Assembly: GCA_021613535.1 (NCBI GenBank)
Contig: CP075492.1
Location: forward strand, 6,200,001 to 6,264,000
Reading direction: 5' to 3'
Source of the DNA: Adineta vaga
Taxonomy: Eukaryota > Animalia > Rotifera
DNA length: 64,000 nucleotides
The notes under the pieces are model-generated. The model saw nothing but the letters and a program-made list of their open reading frames with translations, had not been told where the DNA came from and did no database searches. The position numbers and the translations under genes are program-made. Each line of letters opens with the position of its first letter. The first letter of the stretch is position 1. Below, in pieces: positions 10,351-24,400 of this stretch.

Positions 10351-13258
10351 TTAAAATATAGTAACATATTCTGATTCAGAAAAATATATTTGTGCTCGTT
10401 GTTGTTGTTGTTGTTTAAAATACGTTTGTTTGCAACAGCTTTTACGGCACCGGCGACAATTGCATAAACTCATTAGAAATGGAATTGCATGGGTTACATG
10501 AAAACGAAATCTTGATCGGTATTCAGATTTCCCGTAGAGAAACAGAAGTGTTAAAGCACGGAGAAAAAATCCAATAAATAGAAGCCAGAAATAGGGATGT
10601 TCATTATCTTCGAAGGAAAAGTGTTTTCGAAGAGCTGCAATCTGAATCGACCATATGTAATAATCTTTCTCACCACTTCCGAAATACAGAGATGTTTCAT
10701 GACTGAACAGTAAGTTTTGAATATGTCGTGAAAAGGATATAGTAGTAATAAACCGTGCACCACCCAATTCTTCTTTTGGTGGACTGAAACCTGACAGAAG
10801 ACAAGAGAGAAGTGCTACGATTGTTCCAGCTAGATAAGCATATTCGGTACGATTAAATATAACTGAAGCTAATTGTCCAATAGCTGAACAAACAAATGAA
10901 AGAAGCAGCAAGACACCGAAATAATTGAAAATGCTCCTCTCGGAACGATTTCAATGTACATCATACTTAAAAATAATAAAGGATATAAAATCAATCGAAC
11001 AATATCGACTAAACTTTTTGCAAGCCAATATTGAAATGGATGATAATAATTCCGACTTTCTCGTTCAAACGTTTGATCCGTAATTTCAACTCCAAATAAT
11101 CGTTGACTGGATATACAAGTTAAAATACCATATGCTAAACTCATGAGAAAATAAATAGTTGGTAAACTTTTTATATCACATTCGTCTTGTTGTGCATTTT
11201 CAAATAAATAACCAATGCATGAACCAAGTACAAAATAAGCTAATAAATACAATGCTTCGACAACAGCACCACGTATATAAATTTGTCGACCACAACGTAA
11301 GAAAACATAGAAAAAGGGTAGGAAAAGTCGTTTTGGTATTGAAGTTGTAGTCAATTGTTGCTGAATTCTTTCATCTTCAACTGAATGATTTTCAATATGT
11401 TCTTGCGCTTTTGTTAACATTATAAAACATGTATCACAATCATTATGTCTTGGAGCAGGACATCTATCAGAATCTGAAAAGATCTTCTGTTTCAAGAATT
11501 CTTTAGCTTGATCACGTGGTCCTTGATAGGCTAAGCAGCATAGAGGAGTTAAAAAGAAAATATCATCGATTTTTTCAAACAATTCTTGACTTGGTTGATG
11601 AATAACAGTAATGATTGTTACTGGTCCAGCTGCACTATATTTAATTAATTGTAATAAATCAAATAAATCATCACAGGAAGCCGTATCCAAACCCGATGTT
11701 GGTTCATCCAAAAGTAAAACTTTAGGACAAGCAGCAACTTCCATAGCAACATTGACACGTTTTCTTTGGCCTAGAAAAAAAAAGAACTGATTAGTATAGT
11801 TATTGAGTATAGGATACATTTATCTTACCTCCGGATAAAGTTTTCGTTAAATTGTTATGCATAATTTTTAAACCTAATTTTTCTAGAACGAAACAAACAT
11901 CATTGGTAATAACTGTGTTGGACTCATTTAAACGTCTTGCTCGTGCTGAATAATAAACAGTTTCAAAGACTGTTAAATCATTATGCATAATATCAGCTTG
12001 AGGAACATAACCAATGTAATCAGTTAGTTCATTAGATAATGGTTCATAATCTGCAAATGTAATATACCCATCTCGTTGTAATCTTCGACGACCATGAATT
12101 GTTTCCAAAAGACTACTTTTACCGCAACCAGAACCACCCATCAGAGCGGTTATTTTACCTGCACTTATTCGACCTGTAAAACCTTCGTTAAGTTCCGAAT
12201 TGAAACGAGTTACATTTCGTAATTTTGCTCGATTTAAATGAATATGAAGTTGAATATGTTGTCTTCGTTGACTAAACTCATTATGTTCTCTAAAATAATC
12301 ACTTACACCAGGAGGATCTATTAATTCATATTGTCCAAGAAGTTTCTTTTTCAACACAAGCCATTGCATTAGTTCAGCACATAAAGTAAGGCCTAGAACA
12401 ACACAGAGTACAGTGATGACAACTTTGACTAAAAGTCGTGTTCTTCTAGCTGTTCCATTTGTACACGTAAAGCCAGATGGACAGGGTAATTCTTTGTCAG
12501 TTCCAATTGGACAATAATTCGTATTGTTCACACATGATTGTTTGAGAGCAGAAGTCTGACAATACGATTGTGCTGGACAGTAGCTTTCTCTTGATGAACC
12601 GCCACAACCGTAATATTCATAGTCTTTTGCTTGATGTTGTGGACATTTTGTTACAGGAGCTACGCAAGTTCCATTGATAGCTGGCCATGGAGAGGGACAG
12701 TAGGCACCTTGTCGACAGGGTATCATACAACGTTGTCCTTCCGGACAGAAAAAACCAGGACAACAAACCATAGGTTGTGGATTGTTGTCAATAAAAAAGA
12801 AACCTGCTTGACATTGTCTATCTTTTTGATTACATCCTCGAAAATCGTAGTGGAGTAATTGCTACTTCATGATTAACATAGAAGTCGCGAATATTTTCCT
12901 TGTTACAAATATTAGCTTCAATAAATGTTCGATTTAAACATAGCAAACCAGCTGAACAACTTTGTTTTATAGACCAATAGGTTTGACTTAGTTTTGATCG
13001 ACACTGTAGACATGCAAGACTACTATTTAAACGTGTTTGATTGTCATAATAGCATTCTCCTTCAATATAACAGAAGTTCTCTTTGACTTGGCCATCATCG
13101 TCAAGACAAGAAGCATTGAGCTGAAGAAGGTATGATGTTGATGAACTATCATTTATATTATGCAAAACCGTGTCTTCAAAATTGACCGGTATTGTTGCAT
13201 CGGTCTGAGTCAAGATGTTCAAAGTGAAAAATTTGAACGCAAGTAACAAAAGGAACAT
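10351..13258 (-). CDS. ABCG half-transporter with signal peptide and Cys-rich extracellular N-terminal domain (two 1-bp frameshifts)
   Basis: Walker A GGSGCGKSS; signature LSGG|QRKR across intron 11771-11828; Walker B LLLDEPTSGLD; C-terminal TM domain. Ectodomain contains CCPGFFCPEGQRCMIPCRQGAYCP. Frameshifts lie in 4-base runs at 12841-12844 and 10928-10931. Confidence 0.85.
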
Positions 13259-13812
13259 ATTCTTCTTTCTTTGATTCGTCTCAATGAATTCAAAAAATGT
13301 CGTGTCTTCACCACTTATTATCAATGTTGATGAATAATTGTTCTATTTGATTTATAATACCGTAGGTGTACATAATAAAAAATACGTTGCATTGTCGTAT
13401 TTAAGATTATATGAATAATCTATGATGAATTTTTTTTATTAGTATAATATATCGTTATCGTTAATCGATGTTTGATTCAGAATGTCAAATAAAATGAAAA
13501 TTTATTTCATCTTAATCAAAGATTATTCATATCTACACTAACATTCTTTTTAAGAATAAATTCATCTCGATAAAAATACTTTTTATCACAAACGAAGCTA
13601 ATTTGAAAGAAACGCGTAGTATTGACGTTATTATTCTGATAAGTGATTGATAAGAAAAAATTTTACTGGGATTTTGATAAGCATATAAACGAATTGATAA
13701 TGTTCTGAGAGACTTGCTTGAATTTATTAATTTTCAATATAAAAAGCAATTTATAAGCATGAACAAAACAATAAGCATTAGGAGATGAGAATTTAATAGT
13801 TAATAATTCATT

Positions 13813-15315
13813 TTAACATGTATTCAGAAAGATATTTAAAGAATATCCATATGCACTCGTGACAGCGATATCCATTCGATCATCTTTATTAAAATCGGCA
13901 ACGATAATAGATTCGAGATACCAATTGACAGCTAAGACGGTTTCTTTTCGAAAACTTCCGTCACCTATACCAATAAATATAAATAATCGATAGTCATAAT
14001 AGTTTGCAACAACAATATCCAAATAAGTATCTCCATTAAAATCTGCAATAGCTATTTCCCATGGTTGTCTACCAGTTTCATAGACTAGTTCTGATTGAAA
14101 ACTTCCATTGCCACAATTAATTAAAACGCTTATAGTATCACTGTATATATTTGCTGTGACTAAATCTATGTATTTATCACCATTAAAGTCTCCAACATTC
14201 ATACTGAATGGACGAGCGATTGTTGAATGAGAAATTCTAGATTGAAAAGTTCCATTGGCATATCCGAGATATACACTAATAGTTTGATTATAATACTCAT
14301 TAACAGCAAAATCTAAAACATTATCGCGATTAAAATCAGCGACAACCATACAACATGGTCCATTAAGAGTTATAACACTTTTTCTTATTTGAAAACTTCC
14401 ATTACCATATCCCAATAATAGACTAACCATATTATTTTCACAATTAGTAACAATAACATCTAGATTATTGTCGTTATTAAAATCACCAACTCTAATATCA
14501 TATGGACTAGCACCAACTGGCAATATTTGTTGGCTAGAAAAAGTTCCATTATCTTCTCCAAGTAATACAATAATACTCGCTTGACTTGGATTGATGATAA
14601 TAAGATCGTCTTTTTTATCACCATTCAAGTCACCAACACCCATAGATCCGAGAAATCTATTAAACGGTGCAGACGTTTGTAATTGAAATGTTCCATTTCC
14701 ACTACCAAAGTGAATGTTCATTGTAACATCGTCATATGGAGTTACAACTAGATCAGTTATATTATCTTGATTAAAATCACCAGCAGCAACTCTAGCAGGA
14801 TATACTGATGTTGAATAACTCTTTACAAAATCGAACGTTAATTGAACACATCTAGGATCTACATATAGGATAGAAACCAAGTCAAATAGACGATTATTCT
14901 CAATACTTGCCTAATGGAATAAAAGTTGAAGTGCTCGTCAAAGATGAAAATGTTAAAATAGAATTATTCGCTGAACTAGTCGATGTTAATTCTAAAAATA
15001 GAAATATATTATTATGATTATTTATATTCTAACTCTTTGACAATGGAATACATACCAGTTGTCGTACTAACTATTTTATTTGATGATGATGATGATGATG
15101 ATGTTATGTTGTTATTTATGATAATGAGAATAACAACAAAAACTACAGCTGCAATGGCGCTTCCAATAAAACTAGTCAATATGAACAAAAACGAATTTTT
15201 CGATGAATTGGTTGGTCTAAAAACAAGAATATCTTGTGAAAAAACGTACATTATCAACTTTATAGAGAATATACTTATTCATTATCAATGAAGAGTTTGT
15301 TGATGACGAACTCAT
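13813..15315 (-). CDS. Type II membrane protein with Ser/Thr stalk and FG-GAP (VCBS-like) beta-propeller repeats; 5' end approximate
   Basis: Seven G/ADFNxDxxxD repeats with GxGNGTF. Upstream TM segment FLFILTSFIGSAIAAVVFVVILIII. Introns 14992-15055 (GT-AG) and 14859-14910 (GC-AG) keep the frame. Confidence 0.8.
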
Positions 15316-16239
15316 ATTGTTACTAAACATTAAAACTTAGAAAGAGTAAACTGAATAACTGTTATTGGATTCTTTTCAAACATAGAATACAACGACTGAC
15401 GTCAAGAAGAAAATTTTCTCTGTAAGAAAAAACAAAAGTATCTGTTGATGCATATTATTCTTTGTAATAGTCGAGGTTTTCTCGTAGTTTTGCTTTATTG
15501 CTATTTTAAACTTTGTTTTCATTAAGAATATGGAATAGCCATATATGTTTGAGAAAATAGCTTAAATCAAACTTGATGACGAACAATTTTTTTATAATTC
15601 AAGTTAGATAGTTCACTCTTCGAAGCTAGGATTTATCAATTGCAAAATATTCCAACAACAAACATCAATCTATTTTCTGTTCATTTCTGAAAAACATAAT
15701 ATTTCATTATATGAATGAGTTTGCTGATAAACACGTCAATTCATTTACTTTATGTATGGAAACGATATTTTACAAGGGTTTTTTTTCTTCTTGAAACTCA
15801 AAATAATAAAGGAACATCTATGACTACAATTAAAAGTATTAACATTTAGCAACATTTGTTTCCTAAAAAAAATGAAATGCATTTTCCGTAGAATTCAATT
15901 CCTTTGTAAACTAATCATTATGATCTGTTATAAAATCATAGTATTTTTATATCTGAACAAAGAGACGTACATGGATCGTTCAATTTTTATATATTCTTTC
16001 ATTTATTTTCCAAACAACAGTTTACGTCTTGTGTTCTGTGTTGTAAAGAATATTTGAACAAAAGCTCACGACCATATGTCACGTCATTTATACTGAAACG
16101 TTGGTATCACATCTGCAAAGTGTTTGATAAACATTGAAATGAGAGAGAAATTAGAGGATAACGTGCTCTGAACGTATATATGTATATGTATAATATCAAT
16201 GATGAGAAGTGAAATTTACAGTATTCCTTAAAGAAAATA

Positions 16240-19200
16240 ATGCGATTGAAAGATATTTTTCATTGGTCGTGTCAATATATTCAAAATTACAATCTTTTTA
16301 TTCCTGATGATGATTATGACGAAGAGACAGATGAAAATGAACGTTCAGAAACGACGCTTATACGTCAGAAATATACAACATGGGTCTATGTTGTCCTATT
16401 ACTAGGTGAGTATTTAATGTATGTTTGTTTCTTTTTGCATAGTATCTTGTTCACGCGTTCAACTGATATATATACTGAACACAATCACTATTTATTTACA
16501 TATTTATATTACAATAGTGAAATCAATTTGTGATCTATTTTAGTATGTGTATGTGTTCTTATTCAAACAGCTTTGATGCAATTTCAATCTCGAACAATTA
16601 CTATTTCACCTGTTACTCCTCTCATCTTTGAACAATTGTATATTAAACATGAGAAAACTCTTTCATGTCCATGTTTAAAAGTAACGGTACCTTATCGAGA
16701 TTTTGTATTGAACAAAATTCGATTTCATGATGTTTGTTCAAGTCAATTTATAAGTGATGAATGGATCGAAGCAGTGTATACGAAAGACGAAAGCCGATAT
16801 GGAACAACAGATTTTCGAACAACAGCTAATTCACAAGTAAGTAAAATTTTCTTCTTCAAATTATTGTCCTCTCGGTTGTATTTAGTTCTATCTTTTGGCT
16901 CGTCTGTGTTCATTTTCCAAAGATACAGTGCGACAAAATCAATTGAATTTTGACAATAATGAGTTTGTGACAATTAAAGTATTGTCATCTCATCAAGTTG
17001 AAGTAGAAACAAAGGCAATATTTAATTCTATGAAAAAAAGTATATCTATTCAAATTATGTCATTTTTCAATTATCTAAGAACTACAAGTCAAGCTAATTC
17101 TCAAGTTTCGGCCCTTAATACAAACGTTGTAGTTTTTATAGGTGATTTTAACAGTAGCTATGCTGCCTTTACATTACCCACGGTATATGGTTCCAATATT
17201 GTGTATAACGATTCATCAGTTGAGGTAGAAATTTGTCTGAGATCCAATCCAGTTGGTACAGTAGGTTTCTTTGGAAATATCAATTATTCACATGTTTCGT
17301 CCATCGTACATGGTCCATAACTGATCCAGATACTGAAATAGTTGATGGATTCTATGGTGCATGTAATTCACTTGAAGCACTTCTTTCCAGTACACTTGAT
17401 TGTCTATACAATAGTGAATGTCTTCAATTATTGTCTCATTACTTTCCTGCTCTCCATCAGGTGTGTATACGTGTTGCGAGCTATTCATTTTCACGTCATT
17501 GAACGAGTAGAAGAGTATTTTGTAAACTATAGTGCGAAATGAAAATCATCTATTCAATTATATAGTACAATTATTCTATTCAGATGCATCTTAATTGGTC
17601 TGATCTTATTCTACCTTCGAAACAAAGCAATACATCTGTATATGATCATTTACTTGATCTTTTCACTAATGAATGGTCTATCCAAGTCAACTATTCAAAA
17701 TATTTCCATCAATGTTCACCTGCATCTTGCACATATATGACTCAAGATATGATCAATTATTCATATGCAATCACTCTCTTCATTAGTCTCTATGGTGGTC
17801 TTATCATTATACTTCGTTTAATTGCATTATTTATAGTTCATCTCTTTTGGTCACATTGTCCAGCAAACACAAACATTCAACACAGTAATAGCTTTAAAAA
17901 CATCACAACTCACTAGAGACATATATGATATTGGATTTTTAGAATCTTTTTTCAATGTTGTACTTCAACTTGAAGAATCAATGAAGCGATTAAATTTATA
18001 TCGGAAGACTGATGATCGAAGTGAAGATAGTATCAGACAGCAGAAGATATATACTCGTGTCTATTTATTTCTCTTAGCAAGTATGTTCACCATTTTTGTC
18101 AAGACCCAACAACTTTTGTTATACATTTAAATAAATGCGTGCATTATTTTTGTTTTTTCGTACTTTTAGGTTCATTTGTTGTTCTTCTTCTTTTCACTTC
18201 TTTGAATACTGAAACAATCACGAAAATTGAACGAAAACCATCGCTATTCACTTATCAGAAACTACAAATGTCACATTCAAAGTCAATTGATTGTCCTTGT
18301 TCGAATACAACAATATCTTACTCTACATTTATTTCATTTTCACCCACTCTTCATCAAATATGTTCAAGTGAATTCGTTCATAAACGTTGGCTTTCAATCA
18401 TGGACCCTTTGTCTTCTCTTTATATATCTATGGATTGGCGAAGTACAGCACATTATTTCTTTCAACTGATATCTGATTTATGTCTATTAGCAAATAAAAC
18501 GAGTAATGATGCTATCGATCGTTTTCTATTAGAATTTTTTGTCACTTCAAATGTGTTGAATGAAATTGATTTTGAAATACAACTGAATGCAACTGTCAAC
18601 CAGCTTTATCAATCAACAATAGCTTACTTTGGTCTTCTTGTAAAAGCTGTACATCTTTTCATACAAATTGATCTACCATTTGTAAAATTAGAACAAGATT
18701 ATATGAATTATTTTGATCAAAATCTAATCGTAGATATTGAAATAGATGAAATATTCCAAAATCAATTAGCACAGGTATGTTTCACTAAGAATATTTTAAA
18801 TGATTTAACATAGTGACTTGATTTAGCATCAAGTATAGTATTAGCTAAAATCAAGATCGAATAAAGAATACGAAAACGTGCACTTTGAAAACATTGAATA
18901 TTCAATCTTTCTTTTAGATCAAATTTCGACTAATTGGAACTCGTGATATCCATTCGATGCGTATCAATTGTATTTGTGCAGTTAATCCAAGTTGTGAAAG
19001 TTCTAGTGTCATTTATAACGATACTTTGAGTTTCAATGATGGTAACACTCAAAGTATTAGGTATATCATACCAGGTTTAGTTACGGGTTGTTCTCGCATG
19101 GACTCGCTTTTACGCTCAACACTCCAATGTTTCTATACAGATTCGAACTGTACTTCAATCATCATAGCCAATTTAGTGACCTTTGACGGTTGGTATCATG

Positions 19201-21097
19201 ATCTTGATTCGTGGTCTGAAAAATATGCTCTTCTTTATGATCCGAAACGAAGTCGTTTCCCTCCAAATACTTCTATTGAAACAATTGTGAGAAAGTTGAT
19301 GATTGAAGAATGGAATCATTCTTTTCTATACGAAAAATTTTACGAATCATGCGCACCGATTCATTGTACTTATAAAGAGAAAGTTCGTACAAAAACTACT
19401 ATTGATATAATAACGACATTGTTATCTATGATTGGTGGTCTTACGGTATCTCTATATGTGATTACACCTTACGTGGTCAAAGTAGTATCTCGTTTGTTAA
19501 GATTAATTCATAGACGAGAACGACATAGTGAACAACAAGAACAAGGTAATTATATATCAAATCTTGTAAAGAGGAGAGATAATACTATTCGGAATAAATC
19601 TTCCATTCAACGAGTGATTCTTCGACCTGCTGCTCAGACAGAAACAATAAATATGAATGAAAGTAAAATAAACTATGTCTCGTGTATAATTGTCTTCTGT
19701 CATAGTTCGACCTAGGTGGTTTGATCGACTGAAAATGGTCTTGTGGGATATGATCTCATTTCTCTACAATAATGTTATTGATCTGAATCTCTTTCGTCGA
19801 CGTGATTTTGGAAGTAATGTTCATCGAACAACAACCATGCATCTTGGACAATGGGCAACTCGTCTTTATATTCTTCTATTTCTTATAAGTCTTGTTGTCA
19901 TTAGTATTTATAATGCTGTTCAACCTCGTACCATAACGAAAACGTTTCCTAAACCAACGGTTACATTGTATAAACAATTACGCGAAAAATATAAAGATAA
20001 ACTTGAATGTTCATGTGGATCGATTGCAACAACATATGATCGATTTATTGAAATCAAAGCAGTTTTTCATGAGGTAAGATAAAACATGATGCATCTTTGT
20101 TTTATTTCGTTTCTCATAGATCTGTAGAAGTCCATTTACATCCGATGCATGGCGAATAAATCTCACACACAATTTAGATCCCAGTCTTGCGATCTATGCA
20201 CGAAGAGATTATCGTCGATTTCTGTCTGCTCATTTACAATATCTCAGTGGATTATGTGATCTTTCAATAGAATTAGTGACTAGTTCAATGGATCAATTTC
20301 GTAGATCATTATTTATTACTACCCAACTTTTATCTGAAGAAGATTTTCGTGCAACTATCAATTTGACAATTGAACAACGTAAATCCGTTGCACCCATGAC
20401 ATTTGCTCGTGTTTTCTTCTTGATTCGAAGTGCTAATCATGGAAATGCGTTTGTCTCCACGTATGAAACAAATTTTCGCTATATTCTTCCTTGGGAAGAT
20501 ATCTATGGAACTTATGCACCAACTGAAGCAATGATCTATGATAATGAATGTTCCTGTGGAAAGCATCCAAATTGTACAACTGAAGCAAGATTTCTCGATA
20601 CAAAGACGAATATGTCAGTGTCAATTAAAGGTTTAAAAATAGGATGTACACCAAGTGAATCATTTCATTTATCAACTCTCGAATGTTTTTATGAGCAATC
20701 TTGCATCGATCTCATTCAAAAACATGTTGATCATATAGTTGATAATAGTTCTGCAAAATCTGCATATATTTTATCTGAAAGAATGATACATTTCTTAGTG
20801 AATAGTACAATAAATGAACTGATCGATGATCTGTTCGTAGATGAATGGATGATTCAAGTGAATTACTCTTATTATTATGAAGAATGCTCTCCTGTGGAAT
20901 GTACATATACATACATGTCCGGAACTACTCTTCTCTATATACTGGTGTTTGTGCTTGGTGTCCAAGGTGGTTTGACAATTGTTTTAAAATGGATATGTCC
21001 AAAGATAATTCTAATTTTAGTTGGACTATATGAATACAGACAAAGACGAATAAATATAGTCAATCCTGCTCTCAATATCTATATACGAAACTATTAA
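16240..21097 (+). CDS. Uncharacterised membrane protein with three tandem TM-Cys-rich ectodomain-TM modules (multi-exon; 1-bp frameshift at ~17295)
   Basis: Each module follows LNLF...TRxY-TM1...LxCP/SC...HxI/VCxS...D(F/W/Y)R...C...G..GC...STLxC(F/L)Y..C...EW...Y...CxPxxCxY...GGL-TM2. Eight GT-AG introns traced in frame, including phase-1 inter-module introns 17885-17942 and 19546-19705. Confidence 0.8.
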
Positions 21098-21446
21098 TGA
21101 ATATGTCTATCTTTCATTTGTCGTCTCTTTTGCACCTATGCAGATTTATATGTCTGGTTTAGTTTCAATTTATTTTGGACTGTAGAGTTTTCTAACGAAA
21201 TCTATGCCTATCAATTCTTCTTGAAAGGAATAATTGAAACGATCTACTGAAACGTTGATCTGATAATTGTTACGGATCATTGTGCTTTTTTTTTCTTTTA
21301 TTCGTAATTAAATAAATTGAAGGAATACCTACTTGTCGGTGATTGTAATACAAGACTGTTGAACAAGTGACATTACAAAAAGGCACCGAAAGATATGAAG
21401 CAAAGTTAATATTGTTCAGTTTATAATGTATGACACTAATGCTTGC

Positions 21447-24400
21447 TTAATGGACGACATGAACAGATTCTGTAGATGGCATTACTTGTGCTTGTCGTCG
21501 ATGAAAATTCCAAAGAACAAAATGAATACAAAGTGGTAGGAAAATTTTCAATGATTTCGACAAACCATCGTACAAAGCCATAACAGTTGTGATGATATAA
21601 ATAACATTAAATCTTGTAATATAAGAATATGAACATTGTGCAGACTGACATTTTTGAAAATACTTTGTATAAGATTTATTAATATACCAATGATCAACAA
21701 ACAATCTATCAACCATTTCTTGTACGGTTTCTTTGATGCCATAAACTTTTGTTGATGGTAGCGATGAGTTAAGTATCGTAAATGTCACATTCGACATGTT
21801 CTCATCGATAAAATGTCGAACCGAGTTCAAACATGTCTGATTATAAAAACATTCTAATGATGAATGTAAAATAGATTCAAGTGGATAACAACCAATGAAC
21901 AATTCAGGTACACCCAAAGGATAATCAGCGGTAACAATTGCTGATTCCATACATTTTGATGAAGTTGCACAACTGCACGAATTATTATAGATTTGAGGAT
22001 TTGCATAAACAGGTGACCAATCATTTGTATCTATAACAGTAAATTTCCAATTGCTTTCATAAGCTGTCATAAAGGCATTGCCTTGAATTAACCCACGAAT
22101 AGTATCTAATGTTCTTTTGAATGTGTGAGGCATTGATATTTTGAAAGATTCAATAAATGATTCAATTTGAATTTCAAATAATACGGAAGAAATCAGTTGC
22201 ACATTTGACAATTTTGCTGCATAGAATTGTGTCAGACTAGCAGTAACCGTTTCTTGTGCTAAGCGACATAATGATGATAGAGTTATAAATTGAGCTGCTG
22301 CAGTTGCACGAAATGTATTATCATTCATTACAGTTAAATTAAATAAATAATTAATCCATCGTTGATTAACAAAATCTGATGAACAGATTTGATGATATGC
22401 TGGTTGAATTTCAACAAATTCTCGATATTCAATAGAAATTTCATCACATGGACAGTTGAGAGTTGTAGAATAGATGGATTGTAAATCTTCATATTGATTT
22501 TCCGATGATAATTTCACTTTTTTATTAACAACGACATTGTTCAATGATGTATATACAACGAGAATAAAAAGAGTTGTTAATAAAATAATTATATAAAATC
22601 TTGTTGTGATTTTCTGCTTTCGAATAGTACGAGCATTCGACGAACGATTTTGAAATAAGTTTAAGTTAAAGAGTTTTTCTTGGATTGTTGAAAAACTAAC
22701 ACGAAGCCGATTGGAAGATGAAACGGCTAAAAATAGAAAATATACATCTCAGATTAAATGACAAAAAGTCTATTTTTCATACTCGCAGATACTTGCTGCA
22801 TTTTTTTCTTTCTGAAAATATCGACAATAAATCGTGTCAAAAATTTCAATATAACGGCCAAACCTCCGAAAATACTTATCACTTTTGATAAGATATAAAA
22901 GAAATCTGGACGTTGTTCAACATTATACGAACAATAAGATGGTCTACATTTATTATAATATTTCTCATAGAAATAAAATACATTCCAATCTTCAATAAAT
23001 AAATTCTCAACAATAATATTGATTTGTGTATTACTTGCATAATGACTTGGTATTGACATGTCCATGGGCACTAAAATTGAATACATATCAGTAGATGGAG
23101 TCATATAAGATTTAATTCGTAGAATACATTGCTCATCGTAAAAACATTCGGTTGTTGTTACTAATAATGAATCAACAATATGACAACTTGAAAACATACC
23201 GGTCACATAATCTTCAATGTCAGATGCAATGTAAAAACCTAGTTGTTTTTGGCAGGTTGAATCTGTACCACAGGTACAATTATTATGACCTATAATGCTT
23301 GGATGTACTCGTTGTTGTAAACCATCGTAATAAGTAGAGTAGTTAACGTTAGTTTTTTTTACAGAGATCAATTGATTTCCATATATCATATCACGAAGCA
23401 TATCTAATGGTTGTTTGAAAGATTGTCGTGTTGTTATTTGAAATAACTTAATAAATGAATCTATTTGACTATTAAATACATTAGCAGTAAGTGCTTGTGT
23501 TGTTATATATTCAGTAGCATAAAATCGTGTTAAGCTATTAACAATTGTTTCATTGGCTAGTTGACAGAATCTTGATAGAAGAGCGAAATAAAAAGGTGCC
23601 ATTTCTCGAAAATCAGAAAAATAAGCAATATAAGCTGACCAATAAACATTTTCGTGCCAAACATTTGAAACAAAAGCACTGGAACAAATTTGATGATAAG
23701 TTGGTCGAAATGTTATGAATACGTCGTATTGAATTGATATTTGACTGCATGGACATTGTAGATTATTGACCGAATCATTGTTCAATTGTTCAAATTGAAC
23801 TTGTATTGGATTATTAATTGTTATTATTTTTGTTTGTGTTGTTAACCAAGTATAGAGAGTAAATGCAGCTAATAATATTGTAAATAAAATAATATAAATT
23901 CGTGTTGATATTAGTTCATTCTTTTGTACATGTTCATCTAACGAGTCACTCTTGAATAGATTTAAGTTGCAAACAAATTGAATACCATGTTGATATATTG
24001 AATAAAAACGAACTCTTATCGTCACTAAATAATTCAAAATAGATAATATTAATTACAAATTATTCAAACAACTTCTTATTATACGAGCGATACCTTTTGG
24101 TGAAGAATCGGTAGTATGTATTTCTGGTTTTGACTTATTCTTACGACAGAAATTTATAATTGCCGGAATGAATGTACCTAAAACAACCGTTAATCCACCA
24201 TACAAACCAATAATCGTTACTATAATATAGAGCACATTATGGTTTTGCTCCGCTGTATATTCACAATATGATGGTTGACAAAGATTGAAATACTGAACAA
24301 AAGATGTGTCAAAAATCCAATCTTTCAGAAATAATTCATTTATTAATGTCTCTATAGTTGTTTCTGGAGTAAATTGTGATATGTTAAGTGCAGTGAATGA

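Noticed and set aside
15081-15102. (GAT)n repeat and Asp-run ORF 14983-15291(+)
   Set aside because: Antisense of the poly-Ser stalk of the FG-GAP gene.
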